Positions 25,925 to 37,460 of a stretch of 64,000 bases of DNA are shown here, piece after piece. Source of the stretch: Takakia lepidozioides (taxonomy: Eukaryota > Plantae > Bryophyta); the NCBI GenBank assembly GCA_030704615.1, contig CM060733.1, positions 64,604,001 to 64,668,000 of the forward strand, read 5' to 3'. Below the pieces are notes generated by a model, which searched no databases, was not told the DNA's origin, and saw only the letters and a program-made list of their open reading frames with translations. Made by a program: the position numbers and the translations under genes. Within the stretch, counting starts at the first letter, position 1; each line of letters begins with the position of its first letter.

Positions 25925-28438
25925 CCTACGTGTATGGCAGTGTGCAACGCCAAGCAGTACTACGTCGGGACCGTCGGCCCAGCGTGCACCAGAGCATGCA
26001 TTCACATTGGAAAGCATGACCACCCCGTCGTCAGAGGCAATTGCAGAGTCGCTTTTCAACAAGCCCACGATATTATCAAGGAGGAGGTGAGGTTCAGGCC
26101 GGGAGCAAAACCAAAGCAGATACAGCTCGCATCCGCACATAGAATTGCAATTGGCAGAATAATGTCGGAGGACGGAAGCACAAGAGAGAAGCTGGGCGAG
26201 GGGGACATGAAGGAGCTGCTGGAAGCTGTCTCCCATGTGTGCAGCCCCAATGTCAGGAACCACATTGTCGGCTGCAAGAAACGAATTGGAAGAGGATCAG
26301 ACATGCTCTCCATCTTGGAAGTAAAGCGCACATGCGGCTACGACTTCATCCAGGGCAGCTTCTTTCCTGGTCAAGGCTCAGAGACAGACAGGTGCTTCAT
26401 ATTTAAGATGTCAACGTGCGGATTGGGGAGCGGTGTTGATTTGGTGAAGCGGATGACCAGTGGAGACCTCTCAAATTGCTGGGTCATGTTCGACCACATC
26501 AAGCAAATTACCAACCACGATTGGGTGACAATGGGGGCACATGTATACGACCCACATTGCAGAAAGTTGATGACCATTGCTATCTGCGAAATGAAAGGAG
26601 AAGACACAGATTCGGAGTTGCATATGTGGCGCGGAATTAATGAGCAAATGGTGAGAGCGAAGTTGTCCCCTCCCGATTTTAGGGGCTTCATGGCTGACAA
26701 TGCCCAGACGAACTGGGCTGCAGTGAGGAGGGTATATGGGGACGACCCAAAGACTCCAATGGAAGGTAAGGAGAGATCTTGCGGGTTCCACTTCATGCAG
26801 AGTTTGACGCAAAACACGGAAAGGTTTGTGGCGTCACGCCACCGGCAGGATCATATCAGTATGTGCCTTGCGTGGAAAAATGCAAATTCCATCGACGAGT
26901 CGGAGACCGAGTTTGCAACCATACGCGCCTGGTGGGTGTCTTCAGGGGCAGTGGATGTGAAAGATCAGCCAGAACTGCAAACGTGGCTTGCGTGGTGGCA
27001 CTATAGATTCCGCCAGACTACATGAAACAGATAACACATTTCTGTACTTGACAATTGTTCTGTTTTGTGCTTGGACATTCTCCACAATGAGTGACATTTC
27101 TAATTTCCTTCAACAGGACATGAGCTTGGAGGATGACACGGATATGCCGACGACGAACATGGCCGAATCGGTGCACTCTTCCTGGCGTGCTTCCTCTGCG
27201 TGGTCTTGCTGGGAGAAGGCGTGGGACGCAACATCGTTGCGCCCCGAGGTTGAGTGCGGATGTTCATATCTGATCTCCATGAATCCCCGTCGCCTCCGGG
27301 CATGTCCTCAATTCTTCTCTTCACCGGCCGGCTGCGGACATCGCCCTCCAGGCAGTTCCCCCGACTGTGTAACGGCGTTGACCTTATTGTTTCCCGCAAT
27401 GCAGCAGTCCATTTTGGGATCGGTCGAACGATGCGCCGCCCTCATCAGCATCTCCTGCTTGTCTGTTCCGATACCCCTTCTCCTGCAGCATCCATGGAAT
27501 CGCTGCCAGACTCGGGACAACATGTCGAGGATGAGCATGCTGCTCCTATTATCGTTACCCAATACAACATTCCAATCGTGGAGCGAGATGTGTCGGCCTC
27601 GCAGTGGAGAATTGCACGGACCCGTCCGTCATTTTGTGGCAAATGTTGTGTTGTTCGTGTTGACACCAACCAGAGATGCAATGAGATGATTCGGAGGAGC
27701 CCGCAGGGCGGTGTGCCTGCCCCTTGCTTCACAGGGAGATTTGTGTGCGCAAATTTTGTGGAGGCCACACTGAAGGAGTTTTGGTTTTGCAGGCACGACA
27801 TCATGTCGTGTGTGTTTGGCAAGCCCAAGTATGGTGTACAAGGCATGCCTGAACCACCAGCAGTCTGGCCTGTGGCAACTGGTACAGATCTTACCGTGGA
27901 GGAGGCAGACGCTCTAGGAAGTGCAGGGTTTCGACTGGTGGAGAGGACAGACGTTCCACAAAATCCAATTCCCAGTCGTCATCCTCCTCCCACGAGAAGC
28001 TCTTCGCCCCGCATACCGGTGGGTGACCCCGCAGCTTGGCCCACCCATCGGTGGGGGAAATTGAAAAGACGGCGGCCACCAGCAAAGGCAAACGACACCA
28101 GGAAGGCCAACGCTCTTGCAATGCCCTGCATAGTGCAAGGTTGCAGGGATGTTCCTCACCCCGGGATGGGGCGCATATTTTAGTTGTCAACAGCCGGGTC
28201 TGCTGCGCGCAGTGTTGTGTATGCAATCACGGTTTCTCAGTACCCAGCTTGCAACTGTGAGGACTTCCTTGTTATGGAATCGAAGAATGCAGCATACGTC
28301 CCTTGCAAACACCTTTATTACATTTTTCTGAAGCGCATGAGTTGCATATCCGCAGTGGACGTCTTCATCCATGCTCCAACATTGAGTTTCAACGAGCTGC
28401 ACAAGGCCCTACGGCAGGATACAGATCGGACTGCTTGA
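25925..28438 (+). pseudogene. Second MULE/SWIM transposase, 5'-truncated, with internal inversion and premature stop
   Basis: Colinear with 22450-25072 (WVMFDHIK, FMADNAQ, CGFH, TNMAES, CNCEDF...CKHL). Segment about 27200-27490 is inverted; stop codon at about 28180. Confidence 0.85.
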
Positions 28439-29123
28439 CATTCCACATTCGGGAAGGAAAAAGTGGCAATTATATTACATTCATCTTCTTGCACCCTATT
28501 TTTTTGTGAGGAATTATACACTTGGTGGTGCCGCACCGCCATGGCTCCAGGTGCATTTTGGTGCCGCAATACATGAGAATGTGGTTTTTGGCCGTGAATG
28601 GCATGGGCATGTTTTTTTTATTTTGGTTATGTCTATAAATGGATCCGAGGAAAGCATACATTGTGTGGAGATACATGGGTATTGTGGCCTATTTCAGCGC
28701 CGTTATTGGTCTGTATATTGCATAGTGCTTCCTTGTTACTGCTCTTCATTCAATTTGTGGTGATTTCGCAGCCCATCCTGGAGTTTTTGTCCACCTTTAT
28801 GAGAAGACTCCAATTTGCTACCAATACATTGTCAGTGTTCTGCAAATGTGATGCCTTTACAAGATTGCTAGTTTTGTGTCCCAGTGGGAAGGGTCCTACT
28901 GCACATTCCAGCATTTGCATACTGCACCTTGTGCAAACAACAATCCATACGACAAAGGACACGTCCCAACATACTGGTAGTGAATTGCAAAAAACCTTAA
29001 CAGAAGATTATCCAAGCATGTATATTCCCCATATGGCACAATGAAGCTACTTGATTTTTGAATCAAAATGTATGTGCCATGAGTGTCGGCGAGTCGAAAC
29101 ATGTCTACTCTAGCATGCATGAC

Positions 29124-29675
29124 CTATGGTCCCCTCGCCCAAGAAGAAGGAACTCGAACTGGCCTCTCAAGGACCTCCTGAGTGACCGGGTGCCGATATT
29201 TGAACAAAATGTCAGCGGTTTCTGTCGCCCGATTGAAACTAACGAGGATGTCGTGTTTATCGATAGCGCCCCCTTTGTAGAAGGACATTTTCACAGTGGG
29301 CCCTGTGTTCCCCTCCTCCTCATCCTCATAACTGAAGAGAATGTCCCCACTTTCCGAGCCAGTCCATCCACGCGTGAAGTTTTCACCTATGCACTCATCA
29401 TACGTCCACTCGCAACAATTCCAGCGATACAGCAACGCTGTGCATGATCTGTTCGGCTCCCACTCAAGCGGAAAGTCCAGGTCCATGATGCGTAGGAACT
29501 ACCTGCTCCCCAGCCGGGGTCCAGGAGACTCGTGCAATCCTGGAAGAAACTCCATTGCTCTCAACTGGACAAGTCGAGGATCGTCCCTGTAAACATCTAG
29601 GAAGACAATGATGTCATCTGCTTTCGGGACAATGACTCCCGTCTGGCGTCGATAGATGTGATTCGGGCACGACAT
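29124..29675 (-). pseudogene. RWNCCxWT-family small protein with one internal stop
   Basis: LRAMEFL, LLYRWNCCEWTYDECIGENF, GGAIDKHDILVS, EVLERPVRVPSSW; stop at about 29499. Confidence 0.7.
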
Positions 29676-29909
29676 GGCCTCACGACACAGCAAGAACTCA
29701 GAGCAGGGAGGAGATGGGCACAGCAGAGAAGAGTGAAGAGCAAAATGAGAGCGAGGCCGGCGGAAGAGGGATATATCATTGCTGCACTGCCAATGTCGTA
29801 TGCGGCAGAACTTCTATTTCCTCCGACATGTGTGCTTTTATTAGACAAATCCGCACCAGTTTCAGGAGAGTTTGCAAAACTCCCTCACCGTAAGGCGGGT
29901 ATTTGCTCT

Positions 29910-30330
29910 CCGGAGCCCAATTTCGGCGCCGTTATTGGATGGACTGCGGAAGCTTCAGCCGAGAATTTTGTTTCCGGACCCCAATTTTGGCACCGTTATT
30001 GGTTGCACTCCCCAGCCTTCAGCCGGGTATTTGGTTTCCGGACCCCAATTTTGGCGCCGTTATTGGCTGCACTCCGGAGGCTTCAGTCGGGTATTTGGTT
30101 GGCGGAGCCCAATTTCGGCACCGTTATTGGCTTCACTCCCGAGCCTTCAGCCAGCTATTTCTTTTCCTGTGCCCAATTACGGCGCCGTTATACCCAACCA
30201 TCCTGCACTTCTGCAACAGTACTATCCACAGTTATAGGTTGCCATTGCGTTTTCGGAGTCTGCAAACCCGGATCCTAATTCCGCTTGCGTCTCTTCCTCT
30301 GGGATAATTTCGGTGCCGTTATTGCCCAAA
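29910..30330. repeat. 64-bp tandem array with the imperfect palindrome CCAATTTCGGCGCCGTTATTGG
   Basis: Units at about 29919, 29983, 30047, 30111, 30175 and 30306. Confidence 0.9.
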
Positions 30331-30359
30331 ATTCAGTTTTTCTATGACCTGACCTGGCG

Positions 30360-30589
30360 GTCCATGAGCCTGGGCTCCAAGTCATGAGCGGACACTGGTA
30401 CTTATGAGCGGAGTGCTTCTAGCATGAGCGCGGAAATCTTCGAAAACCTTCTCTTCTTATACTACTTTCGATTATTTTATAGTTTTGGGCCCGAAAAAAA
30501 TCTGCCGAAATTCGAAGTGTGTTACTTTGCGGCTCATGGGTGAGCCATGCCCGCTCATGAGCTCATGGCTCATGGAATAGCAACCCCCC
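30360..30589 (-). repeat. Right TIR and subterminal CATGAGC repeats of copy B
   Basis: The reverse complement GGGGGGTTGCTATTCCATGAGCCATGAGC matches the left end at 11130 with 2 mismatches. Confidence 0.9.
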
Positions 30590-31287
30590 ACTTCATTGCT
30601 CTCAATGATTCTTACTTATGTCTAGAATTGTCAGTGAAAACGGTGAGGAAGACAAGGATGTCTCCAGATTTGGGTGTGAACATAGCATACCTTCTCCCAA
30701 AATAAGGGCACTCATTTCGATTGCGGCGGCACGATATCTTTGCAAATGAATCACGTCAGACGACACTGCAGGAAGAGTATTTCAGCACTCAACAGACTGT
30801 GTAGGGAAATAAGAATGAGCTTGTAGACACTACCCTTCATTACTTATATTCCACAAGATATTTGAGTTTCCCCCCTTACAGGGACTTGCACGGATGATGA
30901 TTGGTGGCTCCATGAATGGAGCCGTTTTTTTTTTTTTTTTTTTTTTTTTTTCCATCATTGCGATGGAAACCCTACGCCGCATTTCTCATCCGACTGTACC
31001 CGGTGGAAAGAAGGTGCCGCAATTGCTTTCTAGCATCCTACGACCGTGGGTCATTACCCTATTCCCATAGGCATGTATTTGTGTGAGGTTGAATTCTCAT
31101 GAGCATAGACCCAAAATTCCATGAGCAGATACTGCCGAACAGGGAATTACACGGTATTCGGTGGAATATTCCTTGCCAAAAACAACTCCAAACCTGCGCC
31201 GAGCCTATACCAAACCCAATTTTTTTTTTTCACTTGGAATCCCCGAAGCAAAGTTGTAGGTCACGTGAATGACCGAGCCTGTGCTGT

Positions 31288-32136
31288 TGTTCGACGCCGA
31301 ACAACGCCAGCAAAGGCCGCAGAAACCTGGTCGCGGAAAAGTGAGGATTAACGAAAAATGAGGGGAAGACAAGATGGTCCACAGTGGTAGCAAGTCTGGA
31401 GATAATCTCCAGATGTAATGGAACCCATCAGATCTAGAGAATATTCCCAACTACGTGCGCCTCAGAACACATCCAGCCAGTATGATATCAATTAGTCAAT
31501 TTGGATATATCAAGACAAAAGAACTCTAGCTGCAAACGATATGGGATAAATATCTCAAAGGTCCAATTTAAAAACCTGCTGAAAAGACCAATGTTCAAGT
31601 ACACAACGTGCATCGATCTACACGAAAAAAAATTAGTTCTCAACATACTTAGGGAGCACATAACACAGGGATGTGCTGGCCAATCACGCCTCTCAAAACG
31701 GGGGCATCAATTTTATGAGCACGTGGCCGCTCCCGAACAAACCCACCGTAACTGGTCGGGTCCCGGCAGACACGATTTTGCAACAATAAACCACACAGTA
31801 GCTCCCGGGATGAGATCACCCGGCAGTGTTCGGCGCCGAACACCGAAACTCTGGAGTACACTTTATACAAAATCAAAATATCCAAAACCAATCTGGAAAT
31901 TGGAATGGCCTTACAAAACCCTCCACATCCTCTGTGTTCGGCGCCGAACCGGTGAGCCCGCAATTCTCAATAAGACTTCCATGTAGGAGTGGTTCGGCGC
32001 AGAACAGTAAAACCCAGCAGAATTGAAAATGTGAGAAAATGACTCCTAATCCATGGCCATATTAGTAAGGTAAAAAGAACGGATGAAAAAGTGAGAATGG
32101 ATGAAATTTGGATGGAATTGTTCGGCGCCGAACAAT
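31288..32136. repeat. Dispersed 16-bp palindromes TGTTCGGCGCCGAACA
   Basis: Copies at about 31288, 31827, 31935, 31991 and 32119. Confidence 0.8.
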
Positions 32137-32364
32137 GAACACATTTTCGCATCTGTGTTCGTAAGGAAATCCAGGAGATCAACTATCTAACGCAAGGACT
32201 CTGTACACTCCTCAAACATGAAACCGAATTTTTTTTCATTGCTGAAAACATTTTACATACTGGGAGATCCTCGAAACGTCAAAACTGCTAGAATGTTTTG
32301 ACCTCGAGAGTCTCAATGAACACAATTAAATTTCCACAATAGAAAAAGAAGTAAATCATTGCTC

Positions 32365-32640
32365 TCACAACCTCCGTCTACAGAGTGGGCAAGATGCATT
32401 CATTTGGAGCCATGCATCGATGCAGTCGCTGTGGAAACGATGCGTGCAGAGATTGAGTGTTCGAACTATTTTCCCAGGTACTGGATGCTCCATGCATATC
32501 GAACATGGTTCAGACCCAATAGCTGCTACAGGAACAATACTCTGAGGATAAGAGCTTTCGATGAAATCCAACGAAACTCCAGTCCAGCTGGCATGCTCTA
32601 CCTCCTCATCTGCAACGTCAAACTCTTCCCAAACGTCATC
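32365..32640 (-). pseudogene. RING-H2 (ATL-like) zinc-finger fragment
   Basis: CSIC...CTHRFHSDCIDAWLQMNASCPLCR. It is truncated upstream by the non-LTR fragment. Confidence 0.75.
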
Positions 32641-32699
32641 TTAAGAAAATTCTGGTCTGCGATCAAAATTGGATGTCAGAGAGCTGAAACAAACATCCC

Positions 32700-34110
32700 A
32701 TGCTTATGGCGTCTACCACGCGGCCACTAACCAGCCCGTATGCCCTCAGACTCCCCGGCCCTGCCACCATATTACGTGCAGAGCTTATGGCCATCCTGGA
32801 AGCCCTCTCCTAGCTGGCCCAATTTCCCCCCCGCACTACATTTTTACGGACAGCCTTACCTCACTTTTTCTTCTCCGTAACCACCTCTCTTGCCCTCCTC
32901 CCATTACCACCACCCGGACCGTAACATCACCACCGCCATCATCAATCTTGCTATCTCCTTGGACCACCCCGTCCACTTTCTCAAAGTCCGTTCCCACATA
33001 GGTATTAATGATAATGAAGAGGCTGACCTCCTCGCCCATGAAGGTGCCTCCAACCCCCCAGTAGAACCCACAGATGATCCCATTTATATCACGCACACCC
33101 ACCCATTCTGGCTAATACGCTCTATGCCAGACTCCCCTGAAACCCGACCTATACATAACCTCTTGACCATACTCACTCGTGAAGCTAACACACAAGCCCT
33201 GACATCTATCAGCCACACCAAAGTACACATCCAAAAATGGACGTAATCCACCGTACTCCATCACAAGCTGTCAAACTATTTCTGGCACACCAAAGTCGCA
33301 CTGATGCACAAATATGCCAAACACTCAAATTTTGGGCCACCAACGCGAACATATTTTCTGGCCACGCCTATTCCCATCCCCACACTATCCACTTTGTTCA
33401 CATATCCACCAGGTGCGTAACACCTGGCCGCACCTCCTCAGCCAATGTACCCACCCTGTCATCCACGACCTATGTATAACCCGACATAACCATGCAGTCT
33501 GGCACATTCATAAACTCCTCATGCATCGCATTGAAACCCGATGGTTCTCACTCATCAACGCTGGCACCTACCAGGGCAGACCCCCAGACCATACTGTCCC
33601 GTCTTGGCTCCTCCCATGTGTCTGCCCTCGCTCACCATGCACTTGCCCTGCTAGACTATGCCCTAACATCTTGCTTGTCCATGTGGTTTACTAATAAACC
33701 CCCCAACCCCCCCCCCCCCCCCCCCCCCCCCGCCCTTCTACCCTATCCCCAAACTTCACCATTCATTTTGTAGAATTTACATACTGCCATGACCGCTACC
33801 CCGCCACCTCCACCTTAGACAAACGACAAAAATATGCCCCGCTCATCCTAGCAATTCGCCAACGAGGCTGGAACACCGGCCCACTAACCGTTATCACTGC
33901 CGCAACTAGAGGTGGCATCCACAATGCCAACATTACCGCACTACACAAAAACTTTAATATTCCTATTTTCCCTATTCACAAATGCTTCAAGGCTCTTCGC
34001 TCTCTTACAGCTATTATCACTAATAAGCGACAACTCGAATCCAATCCTGTCAGTACTCGAGGTACCCCTCTCCCCCGGTTACCTGGTGTCCCCTAGACAC
34101 CTGTAGGCTT
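32700..34110 (+). mobile_element. 3' fragment of a non-LTR retrotransposon with RNase H, Zn knuckle and restriction-like endonuclease
   Basis: LRAELMAI, IFTDSLTSL, FLKVRSHIGINDNEEADLLA (RNase H); HLLSQC...RHNHAV; VEFTYCHD...KRQKYAPL...GW (RLE). Multiple frameshifts. Confidence 0.75.
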
Positions 34111-34590
34111 AGCCTGCTTTCTTTATAGGGCCCACCCCCAAGAGGGGGGCTGCTATTTCATGAGCCATGAACCATGAGCAGAGTCGTAAGTGTCGAAAAA
34201 AACATGAGCAGGACTATTTTCCGGAAATGAGTGTCCGCGGGAATAGGGTTTAGGGTGTCACGGTCATAGGGGGAGAACGCCTCCCGATGACGGAGGTTCG
34301 GCAATGTTTTTTAGAATTACATATTGAAAGGCAATGTTTCGCAAATGGTAGGGTGGTACTGCTCTGTAGAATGAGGGCCCATTTCAGCCTACCAGGCACT
34401 TGCAAAATCCACCCACACTCCCAATCCCAAACGAAATGAGGAATGATGCATTCTGGGAACGATGGATACAGAATAGAACAAAAAGAGGGCACAATGGGGT
34501 TTTTATTGATCCACATGAATTGCATTTGAAGCACGTCTACTGTGTTGATTGTGCAAACAAATCTTTAGCCCTGTGCCTTCTGAATACAAG

Positions 34591-35147
34591 TCACGTTGTC
34601 AATGGGACTTTGACTGCTTTGAAAACTAGCTCATGAGTCATCGGGCTCCTCCAGGTAAACTGGATTGCAGCCGTTGTACCGCCCCTGTTGAGGTTCACCA
34701 CAATGTCGTGCCCTTCAATCATACCACCATCAAATATGGAAAGCTTCACGTTTTCGTCGTCCACACCAATGCGAATGTCCCCATACAATGGAGAAGAGGA
34801 GTGCACTCCTTCAGGAGTATACGTCTCTCCGATGGAGTCCACCCACGTCCACTGGCAGCAGTTCCACCGCAACAACATAGCAGTGCGCATTCTTCTGCAT
34901 GGGTGCCCGTCGTAGCTGGGAAAATTGGAATCAAGGATGCGCAGGAGCCACGGACTCCTCAGACCAAGATCGTCACCCTGCTCAAAGGCGTAGTGGCTTG
35001 GGATATACTCAAAAGCGGACAATGTTTCCACATTCGAACCAGTATCTTCTCTGTGTACCAGATAACGATGTCTCCCGATGTGGCCGAATACATTGTATAA
35101 TCGAAGCCTCCATAAGGGCAGTCGTCCCGGTTCCGGAAGCACGACAT
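34591..35147 (-). pseudogene. RWNCCxWT-family small protein, frameshifted
   Basis: Counterpart of 11594-12157 in copy C. Confidence 0.7.
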
Positions 35148-35688
35148 CCTTGCAAAGGAGGACCTGAGGACGTCTTTGATGCCGATGACAATGACCTTGC
35201 GGACAACAACGAAGCCCTTAGATTTTTGAAATGATGAGAAGCGGAAGAGCAGTGCGGGCTCCAATAATGGAGCATCTGGGTCCCACGTACCCACCAATCA
35301 TCGTGTAACGTGTACATCACGCCAGCGGTGGATGAACCGATACCTCTTTCTCATCCACGGGGTATAGTTTGAAATCTGCCACCGAAGTCCATCCCCCGGA
35401 TGGGAATTCGGCGCCGCATTATGGACTTCGTTGTCTCGAGTGGCTATAGGCCCACCTGGCACTTACTGCCCATAGTTTGCATGGCAGGGAAGGAAACTGA
35501 AACGGCTACATTCATGGAGCAGCCAATCTTCATCCGTGCAGGTTCCTGTAGGGGGGAAATTTAAATGTGCCCTGGAGTGTTTGTGAGGAATTCCAGCGTT
35601 TGCTTGAACTTCTTCCAGCCACCGCACTGCTGCCTCCTCCATCCGGGAGCTGCTGTCATTGAGCGTACTCCGCTAATCTTTTTCAAGG

Positions 35689-36267
35689 ATGTCGTGCCGC
35701 CAAAATCCTGCTGACTGCCCTTATCATGGCCACGATTATGCTATGTTCAAACCAGAATCAGGAGACATCATTGTCTGGCTCTCTGTTTTCATTGACGCTT
35801 CTGGAATCAAGCGGGAGTCTTTGCGCGCAATGGAGTATTTGGAGGGCTATTACCGCTTTGAGCGAGGTGAGGGCGAGGGTCAATGCGGTCCGTGGGTCCT
35901 GAAAATTGTTGACCTCAATATACTAAGCTGGAATGGGATGCCGGACAGATCACGCACGGCCTCGCTTTGGCGCTGGAACTATTGCCAGTGGACCAAGGAG
36001 GACGGCACCGGGGAAAACTATATTCGTGGAGTTCACTCCGCTCTTCCAGTGTATGGAGACATTCGGCTGAGTTGCGAAGATGAATTGCACGGGCACATGA
36101 GGCCCACAATGACCTTGTCAATGTATGATGGTGGTATCATTGATGGGCATGACATTGTCGTCAGCTCCACCAAGGGCACCAGAACGACCGCATTGCAGTT
36201 TACCTCGAGGTGCCGCATCAGTAATGAGCTTGTTTTGAGGGCTATCGAAGTTCCGTCGACTTGGTGA
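35689..36267 (+). CDS. Intact 192-aa transposon-encoded protein of unknown function (RWNCCxWT family)
   Basis: Open ATG-to-stop ORF, alignable end to end with three paralogues in this window. Confidence 0.75.
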   Translation: MSCRQNPADCPYHGHDYAMFKPESGDIIVWLSVFIDASGIKRESLRAMEYLEGYYRFERGEGEGQCGPWVLKIVDLNILSWNGMPDRSRTASLWRWNYCQWTKEDGTGENYIRGVHSALPVYGDIRLSCEDELHGHMRPTMTLSMYDGGIIDGHDIVVSSTKGTRTTALQFTSRCRISNELVLRAIEVPSTW

Positions 36268-36477
36268 CGCCCTTGTAGAAGGAGGAAGGGCTTAGATTTG
36301 TCTGGAGTTGCTACATGTGAGACACCGTGTTCGATCAATAAAACAACCCATCGTACCTCACTTCTGTGTGCTCTGTTTCATTGTGTTCAAGAACTGCCGT
36401 AATTGGCCCATTGTTTACAATTTGTGGTCTCATTTCTACAATGTGTCTGTCCACATGAATATACCATACTTCGAATT

Positions 36478-37325
36478 GGAAATGCGGCACCGCATTTTCA
36501 TATTGGACCTTGAATTGTCCAAGCATGTCCAATCGCCAATGCTTGTCCATGTCCGTTTTGGAAATGCGGCACCGCATTTCCATGTCCGTCATCAAATTTT
36601 CTTATTGGACAATGGAATGCGGTGCCGCATTTCCATGTCCGTCATCAAATTTTCTTATTGGACAATGGAATGCGGTGCCGCATTTCCGTCGAAGGGTCTG
36701 GAATTGGACAATCAACGATGTTAGTTCTGGAAATGCGGCACCGCATTTCCATGTCCGTCATCAAAAATTTGTATTGGACAATGGAATGCGGTGTCGCATT
36801 TCCGTCCAGCAAGACGGAATGCCCTCACGCATTTCCGTCCAAGGGTCTGGAATTGGACAAACAACGATGTCTGTTTTGGAAATGCGGCGCCGCATTTCCA
36901 TGTTTGGCAATCGAAAGTTCTTATTGGACAATGGAATGCGGTGCCGCATTCCCGTCCAGAATCATGGAATGCGGAGCCGCAGTTCCGTCGATGGGTCTGG
37001 AGTTGGAAAAACGTCCATCTCCAAAATGGAAATGCGGCACCGCATTTCCATGTCCGCCATTTAAATAACGTGTTCGACCTCCGCATGCGGGGTGACATTT
37101 CCATTTACCTCCATGGAAGGAGCTGGGCAATTGGCAAAACTGCCATGTCGAAAACGGAAATGCGGTACCGCATTTCCGTTCGGCCAAACAGTTTCTGATG
37201 TCCAAACCATGAAACGGAAAATTGTTCTTGCCCCGGTTTTGGAAATGCGGTGCCGCATTTCCAAACGAGGTTTTTGCAGTTCCCACATTTCCGTTCCGAC
37301 ATGGAAATGCGGTGCCACATTTCTG
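36478..37325. repeat. Type-I palindrome array of copy C
   Basis: Copies at about 36478, 36560, 36613, 36666, 36729, 36782, 36878, 36932, 37028, 37156, 37241 and 37303. Confidence 0.9.
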
Positions 37326-37460
37326 ATTTTGGGAGGGACGTGGTTTGGACGATGGTGTCGTTGAGAAGCACATGGGAGAGGGGACATGAAGGACGGGGAG
37401 AATTTCCTTTATATACTCTGGAAGAGAATTTAAATGTACAAAGAGTTCATTAAAATTCTA

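Larger units (their letters stand above)
25925..30589. mobile_element. Right part of a related transposon, copy B
   Basis: 5'-truncated paralogous transposase, an RWNCC-family ORF, a 64-bp palindrome array and the right TIR CATGGAATAGCAACCCCCC. Confidence 0.85.

Noticed and set aside
21467-28438. Active autonomous transposase, or Zisupton/KDZ assignment based on the SWIM finger
   Set aside because: Both copies have frameshifts or stops, and the D-D-CxxH-E spacing with TNxAES fits the MULE fold better. A profile search is needed to confirm.
30906-30951. Rho-independent terminator (hairpin plus T run)
   Set aside because: Eukaryotic nuclear context and no upstream bacterial-type gene.
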